64,000 nucleotides of DNA, taken from Eledone cirrhosa (Eukaryota). Location: assembly GCA_964016885.1 (NCBI GenBank), contig OZ024761.1:22382001-22446000 (forward strand). The letters are read 5' to 3'. The number at the start of each line of letters is the position of its first letter. The stretch's first letter is position 1. Both the position numbers and the translations under genes were made by a program. Shown here one piece after another: positions 13,910 through 29,005 of this stretch. The notes under the pieces are model-generated. The model did no database searches and was not told where the DNA came from. It saw only the letters and a list, made by a program, of their open reading frames with translations.

Positions 13910-14293
13910 ATATTATGTACTATATAAATACATACATGTGTGTGTGTATATATATTATATTATGTACTATATAAATACATACATGTGTGTGTATATATAT
14001 ATATATATTATGTACTATATAAATACATACATGTGTGTGTATATATATTATATTATGTACTATATAAATACATACATGTGTGTGTATATATATTATATTA
14101 TGTACTATATAAATACATACATGTGTGTGTATATATATATATATTATGTACTATATAAATACATACATGTGTGTGTATATATATATATTATGTACTATAT
14201 AAATACATACATGTGTGTGTATATATATTATATTATGTACTATATAAATACATACATGTGTGTATGTATATATATTATATTATGTACTATATA
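13910..14293. repeat. About 45-bp AT-rich minisatellite (tattatgtactatataaatacatacatgtgtg...)
   Basis: About 8-9 tandem units. Confidence 0.9.
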
Positions 14294-14842
14294 CCTTTAT
14301 TTAGTCCTAGTTATGTTGTTTACTAATTTTGAAAGATTACAGGATAGGTTTTTACTTGGATTGTTTTCCTGAGATCTTAAGATATAAATTATATATATAT
14401 ATATATTATATATATATATATATTATATATATATATTTTATATATATATTATATATTTATGTATATATCTGAGTTCAAATCCCGCCGAGGTTGACTTTGC
14501 CTTTCATCCTTACGGGGTCGATAAAATAAAGTACCAGTAATGCACTGGGTAATTGCTGGCCTTGTGCTTAACGTAGAAACAATTATGTGTATATATTTTA
14601 TATATATATTATATATATATGTTTCTATATATTTTATACAAATGTATATATGTATATATGTATATATATATATATATATAAATGCAAAAAGCATGTGAGA
14701 TATGGCGTCTGCTCTGCCTGGCTTCACTGTAAGTACTGGGCTAGTATCTCGTGACCCATTGTTTAGTTGGCCTTTGAAATATTACAAACAAAATAATAAA
14801 AGTTTTTAGACAAATATAAATATTTTAAAACAAATCTTTTTA

Positions 14843-15295
14843 CCATAGAACCACGACTGGTTCCAGCTGGCTTCGTCCCATAGAACCACGACTGGTCCCA
14901 GCTGGCTTGGTCTCATAGAACCACGACTGCTTCCAGCTGGCTTGGTCTCATAGAACCAAGACTGGTTTCAGCTGGCTTGGTCTCATAGAACCACGACTGG
15001 TTTCAGCTGGTTTGGTACCATAGAACCACGACTGGTTCCAGCTGGTTTGGTCTCATAGAACCACGACTTGTTCCAGCTGGCTTGGTCTCATAGAACCATG
15101 ACTGGTTTCAGCTGGTTTGGTACCATAGAACCACGACTGGTTCCAGCTGGTTTGGTCTCATAGAACCACGACTGGTTCCAGCTGGCTTGGTCTCATAGAA
15201 CCACAACTAGTTTCAGATGGTTTGGTACCATAGAACCACGACTGGTTTTAGCTGGTTTGGTACCATAGAACCACGACTAGTTTCAGGTAGTGTGG
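14843..15295. repeat. 35-bp minisatellite, about 13 units
   Basis: Unit catagaaccacgactggttccagctggcttggtct. Confidence 0.95.
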
Positions 15296-15571
15296 TATCA
15301 AAAACGTTAACAATGAACTTCAGCTGACTAAATCAATAAAGGTTTTTTTTACAACCATTTCAACTGAATACAAGCAGCCAAAAATGGGTTTCTCCTAAAC
15401 ATCTGTGGAGTAACATTACTCGATAGAGTGTGTAGCTTGATGAGAGATTCACTCCAGGTAGAGCTGCAGATCACTGCTCCGATGTTTAAACTGCTAAAAC
15501 CTTTAAATTTAAAGTGTTCAAACCAATTGAAGCGACTGAAATGTGATTCCTCCAAAGGGTCTTTTGGTGTA

Positions 15572-15900
15572 ATGTTACTCGAGAGAGTGTAGCTCGAAGA
15601 TGGGAGTCACTCCAGGTAGAGCCACTACTTCTCCAAATTGAGAGATCACAGCTCTGGTACTATAGACAATGTAGTAGGAATGTCTCAGGACAGATTTTTC
15701 GTGCAAACCAACCGGCAGCAGATCCAGGGGTAGACCCCGAGTAAGATAGTTGGATAACATCCTTGAGCTTGGCTGGTCTCGCTTGGAGGATTCAGCCAGA
15801 TCAGTTGGAGATGGTTGCTTCTGACAAGACCTACTGGGAGGAGTGTTTGAGGACTCTTCCCCCATGCCCCTCTGAGGAATAAGTGGGTGAAGAAGCAGAG
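15572..15900 (+). mobile_element. Degenerate RTE 3' fragment of another family
   Basis: Frameshifted remnants LQVEPLLLQIERSQLWYY and GSRSRGRPRVR...QPDQLEMVASD. A minus-strand relative lies at about 17795-18135 and contains an internal 10-bp (ccaagaccag)n array at about 17905-18010. Confidence 0.65.
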
Positions 15901-15927
15901 AAACTTTTTAGATTCAAAGCAACAACA

Positions 15928-16106
15928 TACTGTATTTCCCGGTACTAAAGAAAAGCGTTTCGTCCTCGAGGACCCACCCTAATTTTGACAACCAAAAATT
16001 TGAAAAGAAACAAAACAAAACAACCTTCAGCCTCCAGGACGCATGGTAGATTTTTGAGACTTATTTTAGGAAGAAAGTAGCCCCTTCAACACCAGGAAAT
16101 ACAGTA
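15928..16106. mobile_element. pogo/Tigger-like MITE
   Basis: TA-CTGTATTTCCCGGT...ACCAGGAAATACAG-TA gives a 13/14 terminal inverted repeat and a TA duplication. Confidence 0.65.
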
Positions 16107-18291
16107 TATGTTTTTCAAGCTAATCTTTCTTAATCCTTTAAAAATACTATTTATTCTCATAATTGATTTCAAATTGATTTGTTTTCTTCTTCCAAATAAA
16201 TTTAAAACAAATGTTTATCTCGATATCATGGATATTGGTTGGGTTTGTTTAGAAAATATATTGTTACACAGATCTGTGATCAACGTGAAAAGCTGTCGAT
16301 TTGAATGTTTCCCATTTTAGAGAGATTTAATCTATAGTGTCTTAAGTTGTTTTGTCTTAAAACTCTTTCTTTACCATATTTCTTCTTCTACTACTACTAT
16401 TATTGCTGCTACTACTATTACTGCTACTGCTACTACTGCTGCTATACAACTAACCTTCTCATTATTAAGGTTGTGTTTGGAACATAAAAGTTCTGACAGA
16501 ATTATGATGGAAGGTTTTTAGATAAATGTAAAGATTTTAACCCAATTGTTACAATAATTCTAATGAAAGACACTCTACCTATGGTTTTGAAATAATTTTG
16601 AAAATAAGAGAGAATTTTGAAGGATTTAGTAATATTTCATTATTGAGCTGATGTTTGGAACATAACTTAACAAAGGTTCTTACATAAAATTAGGATGGAA
16701 GATTTTTAAATAAAAAATATGAACAATTTAACCCTTTAACATTTACATTACTCTATATATACTATTGTATTTTCACAGTAAAGGCTTTACCTCACATAAC
16801 ATTTACATTACTCTATATATACTATTGTATTTTCACAGTAAAAGCTTTACCTCACATAATGTTTCACATAATATTGAATCAATGAGATTTTGATATTATT
16901 TATTTTGAGAACATTACCTTCACAGAAGTATGAGTGGCCAGTTATGGCTGGTTTGAACAGGAAGAGGTGAGAGATTTCTGGCTGGATATGTCCGGTTTGT
17001 ATCATAGAACCAGGAATGGTTTCAGTTAGTTTTGCAGCAACTGGCTTTGGTTCATCATCAAAAATAGAAACAATTTTATAACCTTTTGGTATTATGGTGT
17101 GGGGTTAGGAGGGATGGGATGTAGTAAATGAGATTTTTCTAGATTTAATCAGGAAAATAATATATTTATTCAATCCATCATTGATTAGTTCGTTTGTTTG
17201 TTTGTTTGTTCTAATTAATTGTTTCATTTGACATTTTAAAACTTATGAATATGTGTGTGAGGGTAAATGAATCTTTTTTCAACGAATGTAGACATGTATG
17301 TGTGTGTATGTGTGTGTGTCTTTGTGTGTTTATATTACTATCTTTTGACCTGTAATACACACCCCACCTTATCTACCCGTTAATGTCATCAGATTGGTAA
17401 CAGAACTGATTAACTCCCTTTGTTGCACTCTCCCATTATTATTATTATTATTATTATTAGTTACGGGGTCGATAAAATAAAGTACCAGTAATACACTGGG
17501 ATAATTGCTGGCCTTGTGCCTAAAGTAGAAACAACAAAATAAAATACCAGTAATACACTGGGATAATTGCTGGCCTTGTGCGTAAAGTAGAAACAACAAA
17601 ATAAAATACCAGTAATGTATTGAATAATTGCTGGCCTTGTGCCAAAAAGTAGAAACAATTATTTTTGTTATTATTTATTATTATTTATTGTTGTTATTCT
17701 TTCTTCTTGCAGCCATTGGTTGGATCTTAATATGGTTAAAAACAGGACATTATAGATTCCTATAAAAACACCAAGGTAAGTCCGACATTTCTCATCTTCT
17801 ACTTATTCTTGAGAAGGTTGTGGAGGCTCAGAGTCCACAAACACTCCCCCCAGTGGGTCCTGTCAGAAGCAACCATCTCCAACTGATCTGGCTGGATCCT
17901 CCAAGCAAGACCAGCCAAGACCGGCCAAGACCAGCCAAGACCAGCCAAGACCGGCCAAGACCAGCCAAGACCAGCCAAGACCAGCCAAGACCGGCCAAGC
18001 CCAGCCAAGCTCATGGATGTTATCCAACCATCTTGCTCGGGGTCTACCCCTGGGTCTCCAGCCAGTTGGTGTTACCCATAAAATCTGTCCAGCGATTCAT
18101 TCCTAAGACATTCTAACTACATGTCTATAGTACCAGACACACAGACATACATCATCATCATCACCGTTTTATGTCTGTTCTTCCACGCTAGCATGGGTTT
18201 ATATATATATATATATATATACGTTATTCCGGGTTGAATCGGAGGTAACCACAGTAAGTAAGGTACTCAATACATAGCAGAGTATAAAAGC

Positions 18292-18595
18292 TTTAATACA
18301 GATGAGATTCTACAGGACTAGAACTGTTTCATTCTTTAGAAATCATCAGGAATCTGGGTATCAAAAAATAAATATGGTATTTATAGGTCTCTTCAGGTGG
18401 TAGGAGAGGGTGGGGAGTGGGATGGGTAGAGGTCATTGGTTGATAGAAAAATGACCTCTACCCATCCCACTCCCCACCCTCTCCTACCACCTGAAGAGAC
18501 CTATAAATACCATATTTATTTTTTGATACCCAGATTCCTGATGATTTCTAAAGAATGAAACAGTTCTAGTCCTGTAGAATCTCATCTATATTAAA
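18292..18595. repeat. Fold-back inverted repeat (about 146-bp arms, 12-nt spacer), each arm carrying a hammerhead-like core (family E)
   Basis: The arms are near-perfect. CTGATGA-tttctaaagaat-GAAACAGTTC lies at 18538-18566, with its mirror at 18321-18349. Confidence 0.85.
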
Positions 18596-18684
18596 ACTAT
18601 ATATATATATATATATCCAGTGAATATCCAACCGATAAGGTATGATTTTCATGGGTATGTCTCTATTTATAAAACAAACTTTGT

Positions 18685-18752
18685 ATTTTATCTGATGAAA
18701 GCGTACCAATGTTGTCTTGGTACCCTTGAAATATAAATATATATAATAAAAT
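18685..18752 (+). ncRNA. Type I hammerhead, family D
   Basis: ATTTTAT-CTGATGA-AAG.GTACCA...TGGTAC.CTT-GAAA-(TA-rich)-TA-ATAAAAT. Confidence 0.75.
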
Positions 18753-18812
18753 AAATATGGTTTTATAAATATAGTTTCCATTTATTTAATATCATTGTAT
18801 ATATATATATAC

Positions 18813-18881
<69 letters not shown>

Positions 18882-19417
18882 TAAATAAACATATATATAT
18901 ATATATATAAATAAACATATATATATATATATAAATAAACATATATACATATATATATATTCATATATAACTAGGAGTACATATATATATATATATATAT
19001 ACACACACAGACACACATGCATATATTCCTACATGTTCACACACACACACATTCTCTCTCTCATATATATATATATATATACACATACTCACACACACAT
19101 ACTTACTCTCTCTCTCTCTCTCATACATATATATATATATACAGACACACATACAGACACACACACACACACACAGACACACAGACAAACACACACACAG
19201 ACACACATATAAACTAAAGAAAGCCATTTCTGAGGTTGTTTATTGAAAATCTGGCAATAGTGTAATAGTTATTAGTTGGTCTACAACAATGGCAGAAGAA
19301 AGCCACAGAAACTCCATTTTGTTTTGTTTACAACATTTGCTGTTGTTTGGAAGAATATTAAAGATCTTTGATTAAACCTCTTATGTCTGAGATATAATGG
19401 TAGAATCTCTATAAGGT

Positions 19418-19783
19418 TGTTGTGGGGTGGGGCAGACAATATTGTATTGTGGGGTGGGGCATGGCAGACAATATTGTACTGTGGGGTGGGGCATGGCAGA
19501 CAATATTGTATTGTGGGGTGGGGCATGGCAGACAATATTGTATTGTGGGGTGGGGTATGACAGACAATATTGTATTGTGGGGTGCGGCATGGCAGACAAT
19601 ATTGTATTGTGGGGTGGGGCATGGCAGACAATATTGTATTGTGGGGTGGGGCATGACAGACAATATTGTATTGTGGGGTGGGGCATGGCAGACAATATTG
19701 TATTGTGGGGTGGGGCATGGCAGACAATATTGTATTGTGGGGTGGGGTATGACAGACAATATTGTATTGTGGGGTGGGGCATG
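19418..19783. repeat. 32-bp G-rich minisatellite, about 11 units
   Basis: Unit attgtattgtggggtggggcatggcagacaat. Confidence 0.95.
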
Positions 19784-20523
19784 AGGCACAATGAAATGAT
19801 CTCAGTGGATCTTTGGATGGGACCCTATGTAAAATACAACTCCCCACCCTGACCCACCACCCACTATCTGGGACGACCGTCAGAGAGGTGAGGAAGACCT
19901 GTTTACCCCATCACTGCACCCTTGCTAGCTATCAAGGGTATAAGAAGAGCTGTTAAAAGGTGAGGAGGCTGGAGAGGTGTTACTAGAGTTACTCGATGTA
20001 ATCACTAATTAGTTTCCCCAATAATTATGTCAAGGCCAGACTAATTAATGGCTGTCTCATTATTAAATAACCAAATGTCTCACTCATCCCTCTTAATCAG
20101 CTGCTTTAATAAAATACAATGTATTTAGTTGATTATATATATATATATATATACACATTTATATATATATATATAACGAAGGAAATGTGGTAAGGAACCA
20201 GGTGGACCATAACACACCAAAGTACTCAATACTTAGGGTAGTAGAGTGGGTAATAGGAACGAGTAGGACCCCGATGGCAGAGCTCAAGCCATCGGGGTCC
20301 TACTCGTTCCTATATATATATATATACACACATTTATATATATATATTGTTATACTTGGGGAGAGTCATATTGTTGTAATAATATTGCCAGAAATAAGAA
20401 CAGAACACACAATGAATTAACTATGGAGATATAAAAGACACAGAAGTGAAAACCAACCAAACAGGGAGTGTGTTCTGTTATTATTGCTGGCAATATTATT
20501 ACAACAATATGACCCTCCCCAAG

Positions 20524-20643
20524 TACACCTGTATATATATACCTGGCTATATATATATATATACCTGCCATACACCTGTATATATATACCTGGCTATATA
20601 TATATATATATACCTACCATACACCTGTATATATACACCTGGC

Positions 20644-20674
<31 letters not shown>

Positions 20675-21286
20675 GCCATACACCTGTATATATATACCTG
20701 GCTATATATATATATATACCTGCCATACACCTGTATATATATATATATACCTGCCATACACCTGTATATATACACCTGGCTATATATATATATATACCTG
20801 CCATACACCTGTATATATACACCTGGCTATATATATATATATATATATACCTGCCATACACCTGTATATATATACCTGGCTATATATATATATATATATA
20901 CCTACCATACACCTGTATATATACACCTGGCTATATATATATACCTGCCATACATACCTGCCATACACCTGTATATATACACCTGGCTATATATATATAT
21001 ATATACCTGCCATACACCTGTATATATATACCTGGCTATATATATATATATACCTGCCATACACCTGTATATATACACCTGGCTATATATATATATACCT
21101 GCCATGCACCTGTATATATACACCTGGCTATATATATATACCTACCATACACCTGTATATATACACCTGGCTATATATATATACCTACCATACACCTGTA
21201 TATATACACCTGGCTATATATATATACCTACCATACACCTGTATATATACACCTACCATACACCTGTATATATATACACCTGGCTA
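20524..21286. repeat. Compound minisatellite of cacctgta/cctggcta/cctgcca blocks with variable (TA)n
   Basis: Directly visible. Confidence 0.9.
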
Positions 21287-21382
21287 CAGATTTACAGTCA
21301 TTAGTGTCAGGTGTAATATCCTGCTGTATTTGTATCACCAAACCCTGTAATTAAAACACCTGAGAAACCTCTTATGAGATAT

Positions 21383-21413
<31 letters not shown>

Positions 21414-22522
21414 CTGTATGTGTGTATGTGTATGTCTATGTATGTCTGTGTGTGTGTGTGTGTGTATGTCTATGTATGTATGTATGTAGGTCTATGTATG
21501 TATGTGTACCCACTGACCCAAATATCTCTTCAGAACCATTCCTCCTCATCTTATTGCATAATTGGTCTTCATGTGTGTTGTGTGTGTTGTGTGTTGTGTG
21601 TGTTGTGTGTGTTGTGTGTTGTGTGTGTGTGTTGTGTGTGTTGTGTGTTGTGTGTGTTGTGTTGTGTGTGTTGTGTGTGTTGTGTGTTGTGTGTTGTGTG
21701 TGTTGTGTGTTGTGTGTGTTGTGTTGTGTGTGTTGTGTGTTGTGTGTGTTGTGTGTTGTGTGTGTTGTGTACATGTGTGTGTTGTGTTGTGTCTGTTGTG
21801 TGTGTTGTGTGTGTGTTGTGTGTGTTGTGTCTGTTGTGTACATGTGTGTGTTGTGTGTGTTGTGTGTTGTGTGTGTTGTGTCTGTTGTGTGTGTGTTGTG
21901 TGTTGTGTGTGTGTTCTTCAGAAAACACCACACAACCACAGAATTACATGTGAAACCTCCTCTGCAACACAACACCACCATCTTTAGAAATAATACACAC
22001 AACACCACACCACAGAAACCTCTACAACACAACACCGCCATCTTTATATTACACATGCCTATTACTAATTAACTAATTCAGCAGTTTTATCTCTTAATCT
22101 CTTTATCCCCCCCCCTCTCACCCTCTCTCTCTCACCCCCTCTCCCCCACCCTCTCTCTCACCCCCTCTCTCTCTCACCCTCTCTCTCACCCCCTCTCTCT
22201 CTGTCTACCATTACATGGTACCAGTCTATCCTCTCTCTTACTGTAACTGTCTCTAGCTATCTCCTACACCCACCCCCCTCTCTCTCTCATACAAGCAGTA
22301 CTTGGCTATTCTTTAGTGTGTATATATATACACATATATATATATATACACATATATATATGTATATATACATATATGTATATATATGTATATATACACA
22401 TATATATATGTATATATACATATATATATATATGTATATATATACATATATATGTATATGTATATGTATATATATACACATATATATATATGTATATGTA
22501 TATATATACATATATATATGTA

Positions 22523-22628
<106 letters not shown>

Positions 22629-22893
22629 TATATACATATATATATGTGTATATATACATATAAATAAATATACATGGGTGTGTATGATTATGTATAGAAG
22701 ATTAAAAGCAATTCCAACTTTGTCGGATTTACACGTTTTATTTACAATCCTTTAAAATGTATAATGGTATTAGAATGAAATGGTATGATAGAATATTAAA
22801 TGTTAAGTGTTAATTGAACAAGTACTTTCATGCTTTTGCAATCTTCAGGTTCATATTGTATGGTGACAGTCAAGTTTGCAATTAAGTTTGCAT

Positions 22894-22944
<51 letters not shown>

Positions 22945-23125
22945 TATTTACATGTATATATACATACATATATGTGTATATATACATATATATATGTGTA
23001 TATATATAAATATATATATATATGCATATTTATATATATATGTATGTATACATATACATATATCATCATCGATGATGATATATGTATATACATGTATATA
23101 TACATACATATATGTGTATATATAC

Positions 23126-23222
<97 letters not shown>

Positions 23223-23570
23223 GCATATTTATATATATATGTATATATACATATACATATATATATATATATATATATATGTATATGTACATATATATAT
23301 ATGTATATATATATATATACATATATATATATACATATATATATCTACATATATACATATATATATATATATGTATATGTACATATATATATATATATGC
23401 ATATACACACATACACATGTATATATACACACACACGTGTGTATACATGGTTTTCTTATCTTCTTTCACCCACCCACCCACCCACACCCCCCGCCGTCTC
23501 CTAGGTAACCAACACATTAACATTTCTTCACTCCATTTCTTTCTTTTTAATATTTACATTTGTTATAAGT

Positions 23571-25822
23571 CACCACCACTACCATCATCACCACCACCAC
23601 CACCCTCACCACCACCACCACCACCCTCACCACCACCACCACTACCATCATCACCACCACCACCACCACCACTACCATCACCACCACCACCACCACCACC
23701 ACTACCATCATCACCACCACCACCACCCTCACCACCACCACCCTCACCACCACCACTACCATCATCACCACCACCACCACTACCATCATCACCCCCACCA
23801 CCACCCTCACCACCACCACCCTCACCACCACCACTACCATCATCACCCCCACCACCACCCTCACCACCACCACCCTCACCACCACCACTACCATCATCAC
23901 CACCACCACCACCCTCACCACCACCACCACCACTACCATCATCACCACCACCACCACCCTCACCACCACCACTACCATCATCACCACCACCACCACCCTC
24001 ACCACCACCACCACCACCCTCACCACCACCACCACTACCATCATCACCACCACCACCACCACCACCACTACCATCATCACCACCACCACCACCACCACCA
24101 CTACCATCATCACCACCACCACCACCCTCACCACCACCACCCTCACCACCACCACTACCATCATCACCACCACCACCACTACCATCATCACCACCACCAC
24201 CACTACCATCATCACCACCACCACCACCCTCACCACCACCACCCTCACCACCACCACTACCATCATCACCACCACCACCACCCTCACCACCACCACCACC
24301 ACTACCATCATCACCACCACCACCACCCTCACCACCACCACCCTCACCACCACCACTACCATCATCACCACCACCACCACCCTCACCACCACCACCACCA
24401 CTACCATCATCACCACCACCACCACCCTCACCACCACCATCATCACCACCACCACCACCACTACCATCATCACCACCACCACTACCATCATCACCACCAC
24501 CACCACCCTCACCACCACCACCACTACCATCATCACCACCACCACCACCACCACTACCATCATCACCACCACCACCACCACCACTACCATCATCACCACC
24601 ACCACCACCCTCACCACCACCACCCTCACCACCACCACTACCATCATCACCACCACCACCACCACCACCACTACCATCATCACCACCACCACCACCCTCA
24701 CCACCACCACCACTACCATCATCACCACCACCACCACCCTCACCACCACCACTACCATCATCACCACCACCACCACCACTACCATCATCACCACCACCAC
24801 CACCCTCACCACCACCACTACCATCATCACCACCACCACCACCCTCACCACCACCACTACCATCATCACCACCACCACCACCACCACTACCATCATCACC
24901 ACCACCACCACCCTCACCACCACCACCACTACCATCATCACCACCACCACCACCCTCACCACCACCACCACTACCATCATCACCACCACCACCACCCTCA
25001 CCACCACCACTACCATCATCACCACCACCACCACCACTACCATCATCACCACCACCACCACCCTCACCACCACCACTACCATCATCACCACCACCACCAC
25101 CCTCACCACCACCACTACCATCATCACCACCACCACCACCCTCACCACCACCACTACCATCATCACCACCACCACCACTACCATCATCACCACCACCACC
25201 CTCACCACCACCACCACTACCATCATCACCACCACCACCACCCTCACCACCACCACCACTACCATCATCACCACCACCACCACCCTCACCACCACCACTA
25301 CCATCATCACCACCACCACCACCACTACCACCACCCTCACCACCACCACCCTCACCACCACCACTACCATCATCACCACCACCACTACCACCACCACCAC
25401 CACCACCACCACCACCACCACTACCATCATCACCACCACCACCACCCTCACCACCACCACTACCATCATCACCACCACCACCACCACCACCACCACCACC
25501 ACCCTCACCACCACCACCACTACCATCATCACCACCACCACTACCACCACTACCACCACCACCACCACCACCACTACCACCACCACCACCACCACTACCA
25601 TCACCACCACCCTCACCACCACCACCACTACCATCATCACCACCACCACCACCACCACCACCACCACCACCACCACCACTACCATCATCATCATCACCAC
25701 CACCACCACCACCACCACCACCACCACCACTACCATCATCACCACCACCACCACCACCACCACCACCACCACTACCATCATCACCACCACCACCACCCTC
25801 ACCACCATCATCATCATCATCA
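23571..25822. repeat. 2.25-kb degenerate (CCA)n triplet satellite
   Basis: Built almost entirely from CCA, CTA, TCA and CCC triplets. Confidence 0.97.
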
Positions 25823-25923
25823 CTAGTAGGAATATATACTCTAAGATGATTGGCTGAGCACACACACATTCCTCCCATTTCTCACTCTCTGTCTTTCTCT
25901 TTCAACTTTTATATCTCATTCTC

Positions 25924-25959
25924 TCTTCTGATGAAGGACAAACGTCTGAAACGTAGAGA
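25924..25959 (+). ncRNA. Minimal type I hammerhead, diverged family A
   Basis: TCTT-CTGATGA-A-GGAC(AAAC)GTCT-GAA-ACGT-A-GAGA. Confidence 0.7.
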
Positions 25960-26176
25960 CTCTTTTCCTATTATTCCAAGCATTAAACTCATATATTTCT
26001 TTATTGTACTGTGTCGTTTGCTTTGTTATTTCTGTTTACTTTTTACACACATGAAACGACCGAAGCTGTGTCCATTCCATCCTATTTGATAAGCTTCCCT
26101 CCATTATATATAATAGACGAGTGAAAGCAGCGATTCTTTGATTAAACTTTAATCTGTTATTTTAATAAATAAATAA

Positions 26177-26249
<73 letters not shown>

Positions 26250-26396
26250 TTATTTAATTTGTTGGGATACAACAAGCAAATATTTTTATAACTGATATAA
26301 AGCACTCAACACATTTTTGGAGTAAAAATACAATATATTAATAAATGGAAACTATATTTATAAAACCATTTTGTTTATAAAACTGATCTATATTAT

Positions 26397-26459
26397 ATTT
26401 TATCTGATGAAAGCGCACCATAATTTGCTTTGGTGTCCTTGAAATATGTATAATGAAAT
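26397..26459 (+). ncRNA. Type I hammerhead, family D
   Basis: ATTTTAT-CTGATGA-AAG.GCACCA...TGGTGT.CTT-GAA-ATATGTAT-A-ATGAAAT. Confidence 0.8.
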
Positions 26460-26494
26460 AAATATGGTTTTATAAATATAGTTTCCATTTATTA

Positions 26495-26546
<52 letters not shown>

Positions 26547-26675
26547 AAAGTTCTATTTAAAATTGTTGGGATACAACAAGTAAATATTTTTATAACTGAT
26601 ATAAAGCACTCGACAAGTATTTGGAGTAGATATACGATATTAATAAATGGAAACTATATTTATAAAACCATATTT

Positions 26676-26738
26676 ATTTCATTATACATATTTCAGGGAT
26701 ACCAAATTAAATTATGGTATGCCTTCATCAGACAAAAT
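26676..26738 (-). ncRNA. Type I hammerhead, family D
   Basis: ATTTTGT-CTGATGA-AGG.ATACCA...TGGTAT.CCT-GAA-ATATGTAT-A-ATGAAAT. Confidence 0.8.
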
Positions 26739-26867
26739 ACAATTTGGTATATATATATTTATATATATATATATAGTAATAATAATAAATTTGAAGACTA
26801 AAATCCAAAGAGGGCTCGGGTGAAAGCAGCGCTTCTTTGCTTAAACTTTAATCTGTTATTTTAATAA

Positions 26868-26901
<34 letters not shown>

Positions 26902-27080
26902 GGGATAACAGATTATTGTTATAGGTAGTCGACTTAGGTGTAGTCCAGTTAGGGTACTCCGAGTAGTGGATTGTATCAAATAATTTATTGCTAGCATTGT
27001 TAGTATTGTTGTTGTTGTTCTGATTTATTGCCACTACTATATATAGATGCCATGCCTGTGTATTCCCTTCATTCTCGCAA

Positions 27081-27186
27081 GCTCTGATGAATTGACTGGT
27101 TATAACTATGTATTGGTGATCGATTGAGGCAGAAACAGGCGGGTAGCGATCTCTAGACCTACCAGTTCAGAGAAACAATTGTCAGC
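27081..27186 (+). ncRNA. Candidate hammerhead with a long stem II insert
   Basis: GCT-CTGATGA-[81 nt containing ACTGGT/ACCAGT]-GAA-ACAATTGT-C-AGC. Confidence 0.5.
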
Positions 27187-27541
27187 AATGTGATTAAAGC
27201 CCTTATTGTATAGCAAACCGTGTCACTCTTCTTTATTGATTTATATATATATATATATACTTATTAAAATAACAGATTAAAGCTTAATCAAAGAATCGCT
27301 GCTTTCACCCTTAAAGGGATCTTCAATTATTTTATATATATATATCATCATCATCATCACCATTTTATGTCCGTTCTTCCATGCTAGCATGGGTTAGACA
27401 GGTTGTCCCACTGTGAGCAGTATCCGGTCGGCTGACCTTGTCCTGCTCATACGGGAACTGATTCTGGCTTGATTTCTACAGCTGGATGCCCTTCCTAACA
27501 CCAACCTCATTTACAGTGAGTGCTGGGTGCTTTTTTGTGGC

Positions 27542-27589
<48 letters not shown>

Positions 27590-28263
27590 GATACATACAT
27601 ATATATATGTGTGTGTGTGTACGTGTGTACACACACATGCATATATATGTGTGTGTATCTCATTTAGAGTAGGTAGACCATATCCCTGTCTGACGTAAGA
27701 AGTGACAGATTCTGTGGCAAGATGGCCGCCCAGCTGTAAAACATTGTCCCCAAAATTCCCATTCAGCCCAATTCTTGTATGGAAAAGTCCGATGTAAAGG
27801 GGATAATGACAATCTCTCTCTCTCTCTCTTTCTCTCTCTCACACACACCATGGAAAAAAATTGATGAAGAATGATGTCACACACACACACACACACACAC
27901 TCACTCACATACACACAAGCACACACATGCACACACACACACAAACACGCCATTTATGGTTTAATGATAATGAGAAGATATTATTCCATCAATGTCTTCC
28001 ATTTTCTGTGGCAGACAACAGCAGACAACTGCTCTCAGCATGTGTCGAGACATTTCTCAAACAATTCACAATATGTCTTCTGCTAAATGGCTGACAATAT
28101 GAGCTGAGCATGTTGGGAAATATATTTTTCGTTTTATTTTTTTGTTTTTTTTTTGTTCTTTTTCCTGATGAAATTTTTTTTCCATGTATTTTAGTTTTTT
28201 TCTTCTTATTTTTGTTAATTTAATGTGAAAATAGAAAAAAAAAATCTATTGCTACAACAATGC

Positions 28264-28934
28264 TAACCGTTTAGCATTTAAACTGGCCGTATCCAGTTGT
28301 ATCTGGCCAGAATTCTTTCACCTCTTTCTGTTCAAACCGGCCGTAACTGGCCACTCATACTGATGTTAAGATATTGTTCTCAAAATAAACATCATCAAAA
28401 TCTCATAGATTCAATATTATGTGGGATGTTTATGTGAGGTAAAGCCTTTACTGTAAAAAATACAATAGTATATATAGAGTAATGTAAAGGGTATGTCAGA
28501 TATTATGTGAGGTAAAGTCTTTACTGTGAAAATACAATAGTATATATAGAGTAATGTAAATGTTATGTGAGATATTATGTGAGGTTAAGCCTTTACTGTG
28601 AAAATACAATAGTATATATAGAGTAATGTAAATGTTATATGAGATATTATGTGAGGTTAAGCCTTTACTGTGAAAATACAATAGTATATATAGAGTAATG
28701 TAAATGTTATGTGAGATATTATGTAAGGTAAAGCCTTTACTGTGAAAATACAGTAGTATATATAGAGTAATGTAAATGATATGTGAGATATTATGTGAGG
28801 TAAAGCCTTCACTGTGAAAATACAGTAGTATATATAGAGTAATGTAAATGTTATGTGAGATATTATGTGAGGTAAAGCCTTTACTGTGAAAATACAGTAG
28901 TATATATGGAGTAATGTAAATGATAAAGGGTTAA
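28264..28934 (-). mobile_element. piggyBac-like MITE P1 with an internal 72-bp tandem array (about 6.5 units)
   Basis: Same termini as 1154-1350, ending AAAGGG-TTAA at 28925-28934, with a 72-bp period. Confidence 0.75.
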
Positions 28935-29005
28935 ACAAATATTGCATTGACCAGGAATATTTATGTAATTATGTCCTAGAAATTAATTATTTAAATAAAT
29001 TATTC

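Noticed and set aside
22952-25878. 965-aa Pro-rich (extensin-like) ORF and 771-772-aa Gly- or Val-rich ORFs
   Set aside because: This is a triplet satellite open in several frames on both strands, with no non-repetitive domain or splice context
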